A stretch of 64,000 nt of DNA from Methanobrevibacter sp. (lineage in GTDB: Archaea > Methanobacteriota > Methanobacteria > Methanobacteriales > Methanobacteriaceae). Position 1 is the stretch's first letter. Each line of letters opens with the position of its first letter. Under the pieces are notes generated by a model. That model made no database searches, was not told the origin of the DNA, and was given only the letters and a program-made list of their open reading frames with translations. A program made the translations under genes and the position numbers. The stretch spans positions 12,180 through 76,179 of the forward strand of contig NZ_JBGUPC010000036.1 of NCBI RefSeq assembly GCF_045130115.1, in the 5' to 3' direction. Positions 10,498 to 20,240 of this stretch are shown piece after piece.

Positions 10498-11445
10498 TTA
10501 TAAGAATTGTGCGAGTAATGCTTCGAGTTGTATTCTTGGATTTGCTCCTTCCCTTATTCTAAAGTCGCATTCGGCAATCGCTTCAATCAGATTCATGTAG
10601 ATGCTAGGATCCATTTTTCCGTCAATTGCCCTTTTTGAGACATCCTGATAGATTTGGGTCACCATGTCCTCTCCACTGGTTCCCTGAAGTACCATTGTTT
10701 CCCTTAGGATGTTTCGGGCACCCATAAAGTCGCCCATAAGTGCTTTGGTTATCATGTTTCCGATGTCCTGCGGCTTTGCCTTGGACACAACTTCATAAAC
10801 GGAATCCTCTGTCACAGCTTCGCCTTCTGAGGTTGCGGCCTGAAGGACATTGACTGCCTTTCTCATGTCCCCTTCGGCAAAATAGACTATTGAATCAAGG
10901 CCTTCATCTGTCGCTTCGAATCCTTCTTTTTCACAAATGTATTCGAGGCGTCCTTTGATTTCCTCTGCCTTAAGCGGAGCGAATCTGAATATTGCACATC
11001 TTGACTGAATAGGATCAATGATTTTTGATGAATAGTTACATGAAAGTATAAATGAAGCGGTTTTGGTATACATTTCCATTTCACGACGAAGCGCATGCTG
11101 TGCATCCTTTGTCATGTTGTCGACTTCGTCCAGGAATATTATTCTGAATGGAGCGCCGACAGGTTTCAAACGACAGAAACTTTTGATGCGGTCCCTTACG
11201 GTATCGATTCCCCTTGCGTCAGATGCATTCAATTCCAAAAAGTTCTGTCTCCAGTATTCTCCCAATATGGATTTTACCAGTGCTAAGGCTGTGGTTGTTT
11301 TACCGACACCTGCAGGACCTGTGAACATTAGGTTAGGCATGCTTCCTTCGCCTACATACTTTTCAAGTCTAGCTACGATTTGCTTTTGTCCTACGACGTC
11401 TTCCAATTTTTGTGGTCTATATTTTTCTACCCATGGTCCGCTCAT
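10498..11445 (-). CDS. rfcS: Replication factor C small subunit
   Basis: [32 protein letters not shown]. Confidence 0.98.
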   Translation of the reverse strand: MSGPWVEKYRPQKLEDVVGQKQIVARLEKYVGEGSMPNLMFTGPAGVGKTTTALALVKSILGEYWRQNFLELNASDARGIDTVRDRIKSFCRLKPVGAPFRIIFLDEVDNMTKDAQHALRREMEMYTKTASFILSCNYSSKIIDPIQSRCAIFRFAPLKAEEIKGRLEYICEKEGFEATDEGLDSIVYFAEGDMRKAVNVLQAATSEGEAVTEDSVYEVVSKAKPQDIGNMITKALMGDFMGARNILRETMVLQGTSGEDMVTQIYQDVSKRAIDGKMDPSIYMNLIEAIAECDFRIREGANPRIQLEALLAQFL

Positions 11446-11567
11446 TTAATCACCATTTTTTTATAGTTAAGTATATGTATGATGTTGTTAAATTATTTTT
11501 TCATTACGTTTTTAATATATGAAAATCAATTAATATATAGATTAAGAGAGCATTTGAAAAGTAATGC

Positions 11568-12548
11568 TTGGAAAAGTTTAAGGTGTTAAAAATGAGAGGC
11601 GCATGGAAACTCAGGTTAAGGATGATATTGACATCCGTAGTAATGTTCACGATTATTTACTTCTTTATCATGAGAGTTGGTCTGTATTTTGGAATTAGCG
11701 GTTGGAAATTTTACTTTGGAATAAGTTTACTGATTTCATTCCTGCAATACTGGTATGGACCTAGCCTTGTCAAACGTTCAATGAACGTAAGGCCGTTGTC
11801 TGAAGCCGAAGCTCCTCACATCCATCAGATGGTTCAGGAGTTGGCTGATGCTGCAGGCGTACCAAAACCGGAAATAGGCTTATCAGAAATCAACATTCCA
11901 AATGCGTTTGCATACGGCAGAACAAGCAGAAGCGGACACATTGCAATTACACGTCCGATTTTAGGGTTGCTTGACCGTGATGAGCTGAAGGCTGTTTTGG
12001 GCCATGAGATGGGCCATATCAAACACAATGACATGGCGGTCACAGCGGCCGTAAGCGTCATTCCTATGATATGCTATTATATTGCATTGGCCTTCATGTT
12101 TTCAGATAACGATAACGGTGGAGGAATCATCATTGGAGTATTGGGATATGTGTTCTACCTCATCGGCCAACTGCTTGTGCTGTTCATCTCAAGAACCCGT
12201 GAATACTATGCAGATCAGGCAAGCGTTGAATATGGCAACAGACCTGCTGCATTGGTGTCTGCACTTTACAAATTGTCATATGGCGCTGCAAGATGCTCCA
12301 AGGAAACCATTGATGAGGTAAATACCAACAGGGCGTTCTTTGTAAATGATGTCAACAATGCAAAGCATGACGTTACTGATTTTCAGCAAATAGACTTTGA
12401 CGGTGATGGAAGGATTTCCGATGAGGAGTTAAGGAAGCTTGCAAACGCTGAAGTTAAGATTTCAAAGACAAGTGGAATCATGGAACTGCTGTCCACTCAC
12501 CCGGATTCATTGAAAAGGGTAAAAAGATTGGCGGAGCTTGAACCATGA
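11568..12548 (+). CDS. htpX: Zinc metalloprotease HtpX (M48)
   Basis: PNAFA, HEMGH, SRTREYYAD, STHP; TM helices; alternative start ATG 11592. Confidence 0.95.
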   Translation: MEKFKVLKMRGAWKLRLRMILTSVVMFTIIYFFIMRVGLYFGISGWKFYFGISLLISFLQYWYGPSLVKRSMNVRPLSEAEAPHIHQMVQELADAAGVPKPEIGLSEINIPNAFAYGRTSRSGHIAITRPILGLLDRDELKAVLGHEMGHIKHNDMAVTAAVSVIPMICYYIALAFMFSDNDNGGGIIIGVLGYVFYLIGQLLVLFISRTREYYADQASVEYGNRPAALVSALYKLSYGAARCSKETIDEVNTNRAFFVNDVNNAKHDVTDFQQIDFDGDGRISDEELRKLANAEVKISKTSGIMELLSTHPDSLKRVKRLAELEP

Positions 12549-13276
12549 AGATGATTTTGGATGAACGTGGCAAGAAGTACGTATTGAAGCCTGGCGAAGA
12601 GTTTCAAAGCGATTTGGGAATCATTAAAGCCGAGGTTTTGGATGCTGCTGAAGTGGGTGACGAAGTCAAAAGCCACCTCGACCATACGTTTAAGATCATG
12701 AAGCCCAATATCAACGATTTCATTGATATTATGGACAGGCGATGTTCAATTCTGATTCAAAAGGATATCGGACAGGTTCTTGCCCATTCAGGTTTGGGTG
12801 CAGGTTGCCGTGTAGTCGATGCCGGAACAGGTGCCGGTGCCATTGCGCTAAACTTCGGAAATGTCGTAGGGCCTGAAGGGGATGTTTTTACATATGAAAT
12901 CAGGGAAGACTTTGCCGAAGTGGCTAAAAAGAACATTGAAAGGTTCGGCATCACAAACATTCATGTCAAAAACCAGAACATCAAGGATGGAATCGATGAG
13001 GACAATATAGATTTGGTATTTTTGGATTTGCCCAAGCCGTTTGAGATGTTTGAGGAAGTTATGGAAGCTTTGAATGTCGGCGGATGGCTTTGCGTCTATG
13101 CGCCTTATGTTGACCAGGCGGAGACATCATATCGTGTTGCTAAAAAGCTTGGGTTTTATAATGTTGAGATATTTGAAACATTGGAGCGTGGCCTTGAAGT
13201 CAGAACCCAGGGTGTCAGGCCAAAAACACGCATGGTTGGCCATAGCGGATATCTGATGTTTGCAAGAAAATTATAG
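12545..13276 (+). CDS. trmI: tRNA (adenine-N1)-methyltransferase (TrmI/Trm61)
   Basis: DAGTGAG, YEIREDFA, FLDLP, RP..RMVGHSGYL. Confidence 0.93.
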   Translation: MKMILDERGKKYVLKPGEEFQSDLGIIKAEVLDAAEVGDEVKSHLDHTFKIMKPNINDFIDIMDRRCSILIQKDIGQVLAHSGLGAGCRVVDAGTGAGAIALNFGNVVGPEGDVFTYEIREDFAEVAKKNIERFGITNIHVKNQNIKDGIDEDNIDLVFLDLPKPFEMFEEVMEALNVGGWLCVYAPYVDQAETSYRVAKKLGFYNVEIFETLERGLEVRTQGVRPKTRMVGHSGYLMFARKL

Positions 13277-13444
13277 CTATACATTTAATTGATTTTAGCT
13301 ATAATTATTTTACTATTTTTTTAATAACTTCTTTAATTTTTGATGGCTGCTGTTTATTTGATTGATGTTGATTATCCGTTGTATGAAAATCAGCTAAGGG
13401 ATGTATCAAAAAAATAAAAAAAGATAGAGAATTATAGATATTCT

Positions 13445-16400
13445 CTATTTTTTAACTTTTACAGTTCTTTTTACAGTGTCTTTTAGGTAGGTTACTTGGT
13501 AAGTTACTTTTTTGCCTTTTTTGAGTTTTTTAAGCACTGATTTTTTGACGGTTACTTTTGCTATTCCTTTTTTGTTGGTTTTTGCCTTGTATTTTTTGCC
13601 TTTGAACTTGAAGGTCACTTTTTTGTTTTTAAGTGCTTTTTTGCCTTCTTTTAAGGTTGCTTTCAGTACAAGTTTTTTGGCTGATTTTTTGACTTTGACC
13701 TTTTTGAGGGTTAAGATCTGTTTTACGTTTACCTTGTTTGTCACTTTGATTCCTTTGTATTCGGCTGTTACCTTGTATGTTTTCGGAAGGTAACTTTTGG
13801 TGAATTTCAAGGTAATGTAACCATTCTTATCAGTTTTAAGTGTTTTTGCTTTACCGTTCACTGTCACTTTAACTGCAACGTTTGATCCGACAGGTTTGCC
13901 GTCATCTCCTATGATGCGAAGCTTGTATGCGTAGTTTTTGGCATAGTATGTATTCACATTCTTGTTTCCAGTGATTCTGGTTGTGATTTTAACTGTTTTA
14001 GTGACATTGTCGTTGTTTAATGGATTTACAGTTGTCACTTCATATGTTCCAATTGCCAGTTTGATGTTTAGTATTGCAATACCTTCATCATTGGTGGTGG
14101 CATTGTATTGGTTGCCGTTTATGATGAATTTGACCTGTTTTTTAGCCATTGGGTTTCCGTTTCCGTCAACAACTGTTACTTGATAGTCCACACCACTATT
14201 GTATCCCCTGGTCATGTCCACTGCTTTTATGATTGCTGTGACATTTGCAATGCTGGTTTCCTTGGATTTTGCAGGATAGTTTTCATCACCACTATATTTA
14301 AAGTCCACAGTACTGTCTAATGGTATCAGAGGCATGGTTACTATTGCTTTGCCGTTTTCTACTGTTGCGTTGTATTGTTTGCCGTCAACTATAACTGTAA
14401 CGTTTCCTGTAGCATCTTCAGGGAAAGTGAATGTTATTACAGTTTCGTTTGCAGTGTTTGTTGCGGTTATTTCAGGTTCGAAAGCTTTATTTTTCAGCAC
14501 ACTAACTTTAACCGTATCATTCATTGCTGAAGTGTAATTTTCAGTTTCAGCGTATTTGACGGTTATAGTATAGTTTCCAACTTTAACTCCTGTGAATATT
14601 ATTGTATTTGTGCCTGCAGTCAATGTTTCCTCTTTAGTTTGGTTTCCAACAGTTATATTGTATTTTCCACCGGTATCAATGGCAATAACAATAATTACAT
14701 CATTAGGGTAGGTTACGTTTTCAGAACTAACTGTTATTGTTGGAGTTACCTTTAGGATGTTTACCTTGACTGTGTCGTTTGTTGCGCTTGTGTAGTTTTC
14801 TGTTTCATCATAAGTCACATTAACTGTGTATTCTTTTGCAGCCAGTCCTGTGAATGTTACAGTTTCTGCAATGTTTGCTGTCAGGTTGAGTTCTATTTGC
14901 TGATCTGCGATTTTTACTATGTATTTGCCTGTTATATCACCGGTAATGTTCACAATTATATTTCCAGGATAGGTCACGTCATTTGTGACAACATTTATTA
15001 TTGGAGTTAACTTGTTGACTCTGAAGGTTTTTGTTACATTGCTTGGAAGAACAGTATCGTTTCCAGCGTTTGATATTGTAATGGTGTATGTTCCTGCAGC
15101 CAAATCAGGGTTAAGTATTCTTTTATCGGTTATATTGCTGAATACTGTTTCATTATCCTCATTTTTTATGAGTACCTCAACTGTTGTAGGATTTACCACA
15201 CTGAATTCAATTGTAACGTTTCCATAGTCAAATTCATCCTTATCCTCAATTGTCACAGTGCCTTCCATATATGCTTTGTTTACGGTAATTTCTGCTGTTT
15301 CAAAATGGGCAGTGAGGGATGTTTGGGTTGCTTTAGGTATGTAAGACGCCTCTGCAATTCCGTTATCATCAAGTGTTGTATTGTCTGCAACATCAATGTT
15401 TTCATTTGTTAATGTTAATGTTATCTGCGGCAATTTGCAGGTTTGTCCAATAAGTATTCTGGAATTTGCATTATCATATAGGTTATTCAGTGTGATATGA
15501 GCAATTCCATCAGCCATTGTCATGTTTAAGACATACCAGTTATTTATTTCCACATCCTCACTTACATCTGCAAAATTCTGATTGAAATTTGTTATGTTGT
15601 TTCCCCACCAGTTGTAATCTGCATTTAAAGCGGTAGGACTAAACCATGAGGTATCGTCATAATATATGACATTTCCACCGTTATTTATGAAAATGCAGTA
15701 ATTGACTGGGTTTGATATCTCTTCCAGGTATATTGCGCTTCCGTTATCTGATGCGGTGTTGCTTATGAATGCCAATTTTGAGATTGTTTCCTCTTCATTA
15801 CTTGAGTAAATTGCTCCGCCGTTTGTGGCTTGGTTTTTGATGAATGAGGAGTTGACAATACTGCTTTGTTTTGCGGCGAGATATATTGCGCCCCCATTAT
15901 TTTCAGCACGGTTTTCCTGGAATGTTGAATTTTCAACTGTTTGATTTTTGCTTTTGAATATAACTCCTTCACGGAAGTAGATCGCTCCGCCGTCGTTGGC
16001 GGTATTTTTAATGAATACTGATTCGATAACATTTCCGTAATCGTAATCCCAAAAGATCGCTCCACCGTATCTGCCTGCGGTGTTGTTTTCAAAGTAGCTT
16101 GAGTCTACGGTTCCATAGTCATCATTCCAGTAGATTGCTCCGCCGTCCTCGGTTGCGGTGTTGTTTGCAAATTCACAATCGGACACTTTGCCGTACTCGT
16201 GATTCCAGTAGATCGCTCCACCTGATTTTGCTTTATTGAATGTGAAGTTGCTGGTGGTGACGATGCCTGTTATATAATTCCAGTAGATTGCTCCACCGCT
16301 TCTGCTTGCAGTGTTGTTTTCAAATAAGCTGTTGTGTATTTTTCCTTTTTCTCCATTAACGTAAACGGCAGCACCGTTATTTGCATCGTTTTTTATGAAT

Positions 16401-19400
16401 GCACAGTTATCTATGTGAATATATTTTTGATTTGCATAGACTGCTCCTCCATCAGATGCAGAATTGTCGATGAATTTTGAATTGGTTATTCCTCCACGGA
16501 TTTCATCGAAATAAATTGCACCTCCATAAAAGTTTGCCCGGTTATTGATGAAAGTGGAATTGTTTATGCTGCCCATAGGTCCTGTCCATGTTATAGCTCC
16601 ACCGTTCATTGCGAAATTATTGGAAACGGTACAGTTTTCCATAGTCCCATAATTTCCGCTCCATTGGATAGGGCTTTTTTGGGATACTGGATCATATCCG
16701 TTTATCAGGTTTAAATTGATTAATTTAACATTATTTCCCACTACGTTCAATAATTTGGATATTCCAAGGGCATTGATGGTGTGTCCGTTACCATAAATGG
16801 TTAAACTGTCTTTGTTTATTATTATTCCGCCAATGCTGTCGATGCCATCTGTGATTGTGTAGTCCTGAGTCAGGTTCAGGGTAAAGTTTGCGGCATTGTC
16901 AACTAATTCCTGTAACAAATCGAATTGTCCTTTTTCTGTTGTATTGGCAGTATAGCTAAATCCATAAATGATTGCAGTTAAATATGCAGGTTTTTTAATT
17001 GTTTTATAGGATACTGTGACCATTCCATTTTTAATGATTGCATTATTTTTTACTATGAGATCGTTTCCAATGAGTTCGACAGCCACATCAGCAAGACTGC
17101 AATCTGTAACGGTTGCGATTGTTTTTTCCCGGTCGTCATATAAGTTGTTAAGTGATATTGTCGCCCTGTTGGATTTTAGTGTCATGTTCATGAAGTACCA
17201 ATTATTTAATTGGGCATTCACTTTAGGGGTGCTGTTAAAGTTGTCTGCAGTGTTTCCCCACCAGTTGTAATCCAGATTGTTATTGTTATGGTTTTGAATG
17301 TATACGTCATAGGTGGATTTTGGATTTGCAAAAATGCTGTCTTTAACGGTTAATGTATATCCACCGGAGTTTGCATAAATCATTTTGTCGACATCATTGT
17401 CAATGAAAGAACATCTGTTGATAAGCACGCTATCTGTAACAGACCCTCCATCGTTGTCAATAAATATTACTCCCTCCTCATTATAATAACCATGATTTGA
17501 GGAATAAAAAGTACAATTATTGAAAGTGACGCATTTTGCACTTTTAATACTGACAGCATAGTCCAATGCATTGACAAAATTGATGTTATTGAATGTTACG
17601 TCTGCAGTTTCTTCATCGATTATCAAAATTGAGGCATATTCGGCACCATCAATTGCATGGCCGTTACCGTTTATTATCAGGTTTTTATTAATAATGATAC
17701 CGCTTGCAACATCCATATCCTCTTTAGATTTGAATTTATAATCATTTTCTAAAATGAGCACGTTTCCGGTTTGGGCTATTATCTCATTAAGGTGGGTAAA
17801 TGAATTACTGGTTATTGTGCTATTGCTTTCTGTGTTATTTTCCACTGTCACAGGTGTTGTTTTAAGGTAAAATGCAGCATTTGATGCAGCGGAGTTATTT
17901 ATAAATGCAGTGTTGGTAAGATTACAGTTTGCACTTGAGAAATATGCTCCTCCAGCCACATAATCAGCTTCATTTCCAATAAATTCACAATTGTCGACAG
18001 CACAATTTTCTGCGTCAATGTATAATCCTCCACCATTGCTTGCATAGTTATTTATAAATTTTGAATTTGTAATCACGGTTTTTGAATTGATATAGGCTGC
18101 ACCACCGTCATTTTTACTGTTACAATTTTCAAATGTTGATTTATCAATAATGTTTGCTGTGCTTTGGGTGGAATATAACTTAACAGCAGTAGCTTTAATG
18201 TTTTCAAATTCACAACCGGAAATAAATGTTATCTTAGTTGAGTTTATTGCCTCTCCTGTGTTTTCAAAAGTACAGTTTATAAATGTAATCTGGTCATTGC
18301 CGGAAGACATGCCACTTATTGCAGTTTCCTTCACGTTTATAATATTTAAATTTTTGACTGTGAGGTTTCTTCCGCCTGCAAAGTTAAAGATGCCGTTGAC
18401 ACCGTTACATCCGTCAATTGTATAGCCATTTCCGTTTATTGTAAGGTCTTTATCAACGGTAATCGCATTTCTATCGTCGAGGGAGGAGTAGAACTTATAA
18501 TCATGAGTTAGGTTTATCTCATTTGAGGCTTTTGATATCTCATGTTTCAGTAGGGTTAATGAATCATACTCTCCGGCATGGGTTATTTTAAGGGAGCTGA
18601 TAAGTGCACCGTTATAAAAAATTGATACAGTACCTTCCTTACCATCCAATGCAGTATAATTAAACGGTGTTGAAATTTTATTGGTGAATGTGATGTTTGT
18701 TGGATTTAGGTTACTGTCACTGAATTGGACTTGAAATGTTACAGGTTTTCCTTGAGGCATTTGTAAAAGAGTATCGTCGGATTTGAGAAACATGAGTTTT
18801 AATTCAACAGTATCGCCCAGCCTCACTTCTTTAGGTATTGTCGGGACATAAATATACCTGGAAAAAATTTGGCCATATATTCTCACTGTTTGGTATCCGG
18901 TAACAATAAATGGCTCATATCTGGTTTCATAGCCGTATCCAGATCCAACGAATCTCTCAGGGATTTCATTAGATTTTGTACCGTCCAGCCAGAGATTATA
19001 CGACAGGCCAGCGGATTTATCACCGTTTTTAACATTTCCTTTTATATCAGGAGTGCAAAAAATTGATTCCTCTATTTTATTAGGACCGTCACAATAAATT
19101 AAACCATAATCCTCATCGGTTTGAGCAGCACCAAAGAAACATTTTTTAACACAAGGACTATACATGGTGTCTTCAAAATAGACAATTCCCATTTTAGCAA
19201 CATTGTTCTCAAAGATACAGTTCTCAACAAGAAACTCATTTTTTAAACTAATTATTTTGTCGGTGTCATATCCTTCGTTGGATGTGAATCTTCCATTATT
19301 TTCAAAAATACATCCAGTCATGACATTATTTCCGGTTCCATAAAAAATTTCAGCTCCCCTTGCAGAATTGTTTCTAAAAATACAATTGGAAATCGTACAT

Positions 19401-20008
19401 TTATCGGATCTTGCAAATGACAATACGCTATGTGAATTGCCTTCAAAAATACAATTTTCGATTTTGCCGTACTTAGTAACAGATTCAACAGATATAGCAT
19501 AAGAGCTAGAACTTGAAGTGCCGGCAAATCCTGTAATTCGCAAATTTTTTAAATTAATCGCACAATTCCTGAATACGAATCCATTTGATTTTCCTGCACA
19601 GTCAATCGTATGCCCATTTCCATTAATGTTCATAGTGTGGTCAATGACTATTGCGTCCTTAGGACCCTCACATCTATAATTCTTATACAAAACGACATTT
19701 TGATAGCCAGATGTGGTGAGTATATTCCTTAACTCAGAGAATGTGCCCCATTCACCTGATTCGCCATCATCCAATATGTTTTCCTGTTCTTCATCCGTTG
19801 CATACAATACGCTTTCCGGTTCTTCATCAGTCATATTCAATATGTTTTCCTGTTCTTCATCAAAATCTGCATTTTCAGTAATGCTATCTTCATCAATATC
19901 ATTTGCAATAGAGTCTGTCGAGTTTAAGTCACTTGCAGCAACCGCAGAAAGTGAACATAAAAGAACGAAAAAAATTGAAAAAATTACAATTACCCTATTT
20001 TTATTCAT
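13445..20008 (-). CDS. Adhesin-like surface protein (2187 aa): signal peptide, beta-helix/Pmp-type repeats, Ig-like repeats, Lys-rich C-terminal domain
   Basis: N-terminal signal peptide (..AVAASD), many FxNNxA..GGAIYW repeats, YNWWGN motifs, Ig-like (Y.GDENY) repeats, basic C-terminus. Confidence 0.9.
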   Translation of the reverse strand: MNKNRVIVIFSIFFVLLCSLSAVAASDLNSTDSIANDIDEDSITENADFDEEQENILNMTDEEPESVLYATDEEQENILDDGESGEWGTFSELRNILTTSGYQNVVLYKNYRCEGPKDAIVIDHTMNINGNGHTIDCAGKSNGFVFRNCAINLKNLRITGFAGTSSSSSYAISVESVTKYGKIENCIFEGNSHSVLSFARSDKCTISNCIFRNNSARGAEIFYGTGNNVMTGCIFENNGRFTSNEGYDTDKIISLKNEFLVENCIFENNVAKMGIVYFEDTMYSPCVKKCFFGAAQTDEDYGLIYCDGPNKIEESIFCTPDIKGNVKNGDKSAGLSYNLWLDGTKSNEIPERFVGSGYGYETRYEPFIVTGYQTVRIYGQIFSRYIYVPTIPKEVRLGDTVELKLMFLKSDDTLLQMPQGKPVTFQVQFSDSNLNPTNITFTNKISTPFNYTALDGKEGTVSIFYNGALISSLKITHAGEYDSLTLLKHEISKASNEINLTHDYKFYSSLDDRNAITVDKDLTINGNGYTIDGCNGVNGIFNFAGGRNLTVKNLNIINVKETAISGMSSGNDQITFINCTFENTGEAINSTKITFISGCEFENIKATAVKLYSTQSTANIIDKSTFENCNSKNDGGAAYINSKTVITNSKFINNYASNGGGLYIDAENCAVDNCEFIGNEADYVAGGAYFSSANCNLTNTAFINNSAASNAAFYLKTTPVTVENNTESNSTITSNSFTHLNEIIAQTGNVLILENDYKFKSKEDMDVASGIIINKNLIINGNGHAIDGAEYASILIIDEETADVTFNNINFVNALDYAVSIKSAKCVTFNNCTFYSSNHGYYNEEGVIFIDNDGGSVTDSVLINRCSFIDNDVDKMIYANSGGYTLTVKDSIFANPKSTYDVYIQNHNNNNLDYNWWGNTADNFNSTPKVNAQLNNWYFMNMTLKSNRATISLNNLYDDREKTIATVTDCSLADVAVELIGNDLIVKNNAIIKNGMVTVSYKTIKKPAYLTAIIYGFSYTANTTEKGQFDLLQELVDNAANFTLNLTQDYTITDGIDSIGGIIINKDSLTIYGNGHTINALGISKLLNVVGNNVKLINLNLINGYDPVSQKSPIQWSGNYGTMENCTVSNNFAMNGGAITWTGPMGSINNSTFINNRANFYGGAIYFDEIRGGITNSKFIDNSASDGGAVYANQKYIHIDNCAFIKNDANNGAAVYVNGEKGKIHNSLFENNTASRSGGAIYWNYITGIVTTSNFTFNKAKSGGAIYWNHEYGKVSDCEFANNTATEDGGAIYWNDDYGTVDSSYFENNTAGRYGGAIFWDYDYGNVIESVFIKNTANDGGAIYFREGVIFKSKNQTVENSTFQENRAENNGGAIYLAAKQSSIVNSSFIKNQATNGGAIYSSNEEETISKLAFISNTASDNGSAIYLEEISNPVNYCIFINNGGNVIYYDDTSWFSPTALNADYNWWGNNITNFNQNFADVSEDVEINNWYVLNMTMADGIAHITLNNLYDNANSRILIGQTCKLPQITLTLTNENIDVADNTTLDDNGIAEASYIPKATQTSLTAHFETAEITVNKAYMEGTVTIEDKDEFDYGNVTIEFSVVNPTTVEVLIKNEDNETVFSNITDKRILNPDLAAGTYTITISNAGNDTVLPSNVTKTFRVNKLTPIINVVTNDVTYPGNIIVNITGDITGKYIVKIADQQIELNLTANIAETVTFTGLAAKEYTVNVTYDETENYTSATNDTVKVNILKVTPTITVSSENVTYPNDVIIVIAIDTGGKYNITVGNQTKEETLTAGTNTIIFTGVKVGNYTITVKYAETENYTSAMNDTVKVSVLKNKAFEPEITATNTANETVITFTFPEDATGNVTVIVDGKQYNATVENGKAIVTMPLIPLDSTVDFKYSGDENYPAKSKETSIANVTAIIKAVDMTRGYNSGVDYQVTVVDGNGNPMAKKQVKFIINGNQYNATTNDEGIAILNIKLAIGTYEVTTVNPLNNDNVTKTVKITTRITGNKNVNTYYAKNYAYKLRIIGDDGKPVGSNVAVKVTVNGKAKTLKTDKNGYITLKFTKSYLPKTYKVTAEYKGIKVTNKVNVKQILTLKKVKVKKSAKKLVLKATLKEGKKALKNKKVTFKFKGKKYKAKTNKKGIAKVTVKKSVLKKLKKGKKVTYQVTYLKDTVKRTVKVKK
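19772..19861. repeat. 24-nt perfect direct repeat in adhesin N-terminal acidic linker (DEEQENIL x2)
   Basis: CAATATGTTTTCCTGTTCTTCATC at 19772-19795 and 19838-19861. Confidence 0.85.
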
Positions 20009-20240
20009 AATGGCCTCCCATGTAAATTTTAATTGTAATATATTTCTTTAATTAATCTATATTAAATTTAGTTTATTTTTTTTAAATGAATTAGAGAGAC
20101 ATGTATAAATTTTTTTGCAAATTTTTAAAAAAAGAAAGGAATTGCAGATGGAAAACCATATGCATAATATTTTTCAGTATCTGCGATTGTTAATATTCGT
20201 TAAGTTAACAAAAAATAGAAAATAGATGGAATAATTTGAA

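Noticed and set aside
10498..11445. Possible intein in rfcS (common insertion site in Euryarchaeota)
   Set aside because: Normal length (315 aa) and uninterrupted motifs
15750..16600. Regularly spaced repeats that might suggest a CRISPR array or DGR template/variable pair
   Set aside because: They are degenerate in-frame GGAIYW coding repeats of the adhesin; no cas or reverse transcriptase gene in the window
20138..20192. Hairpin AATTGCAGAT..ATCTGCGATT between leuS and the adhesin gene
   Set aside because: Position just after the leuS stop fits an ordinary terminator or stabiliser; nothing else supports an ncRNA
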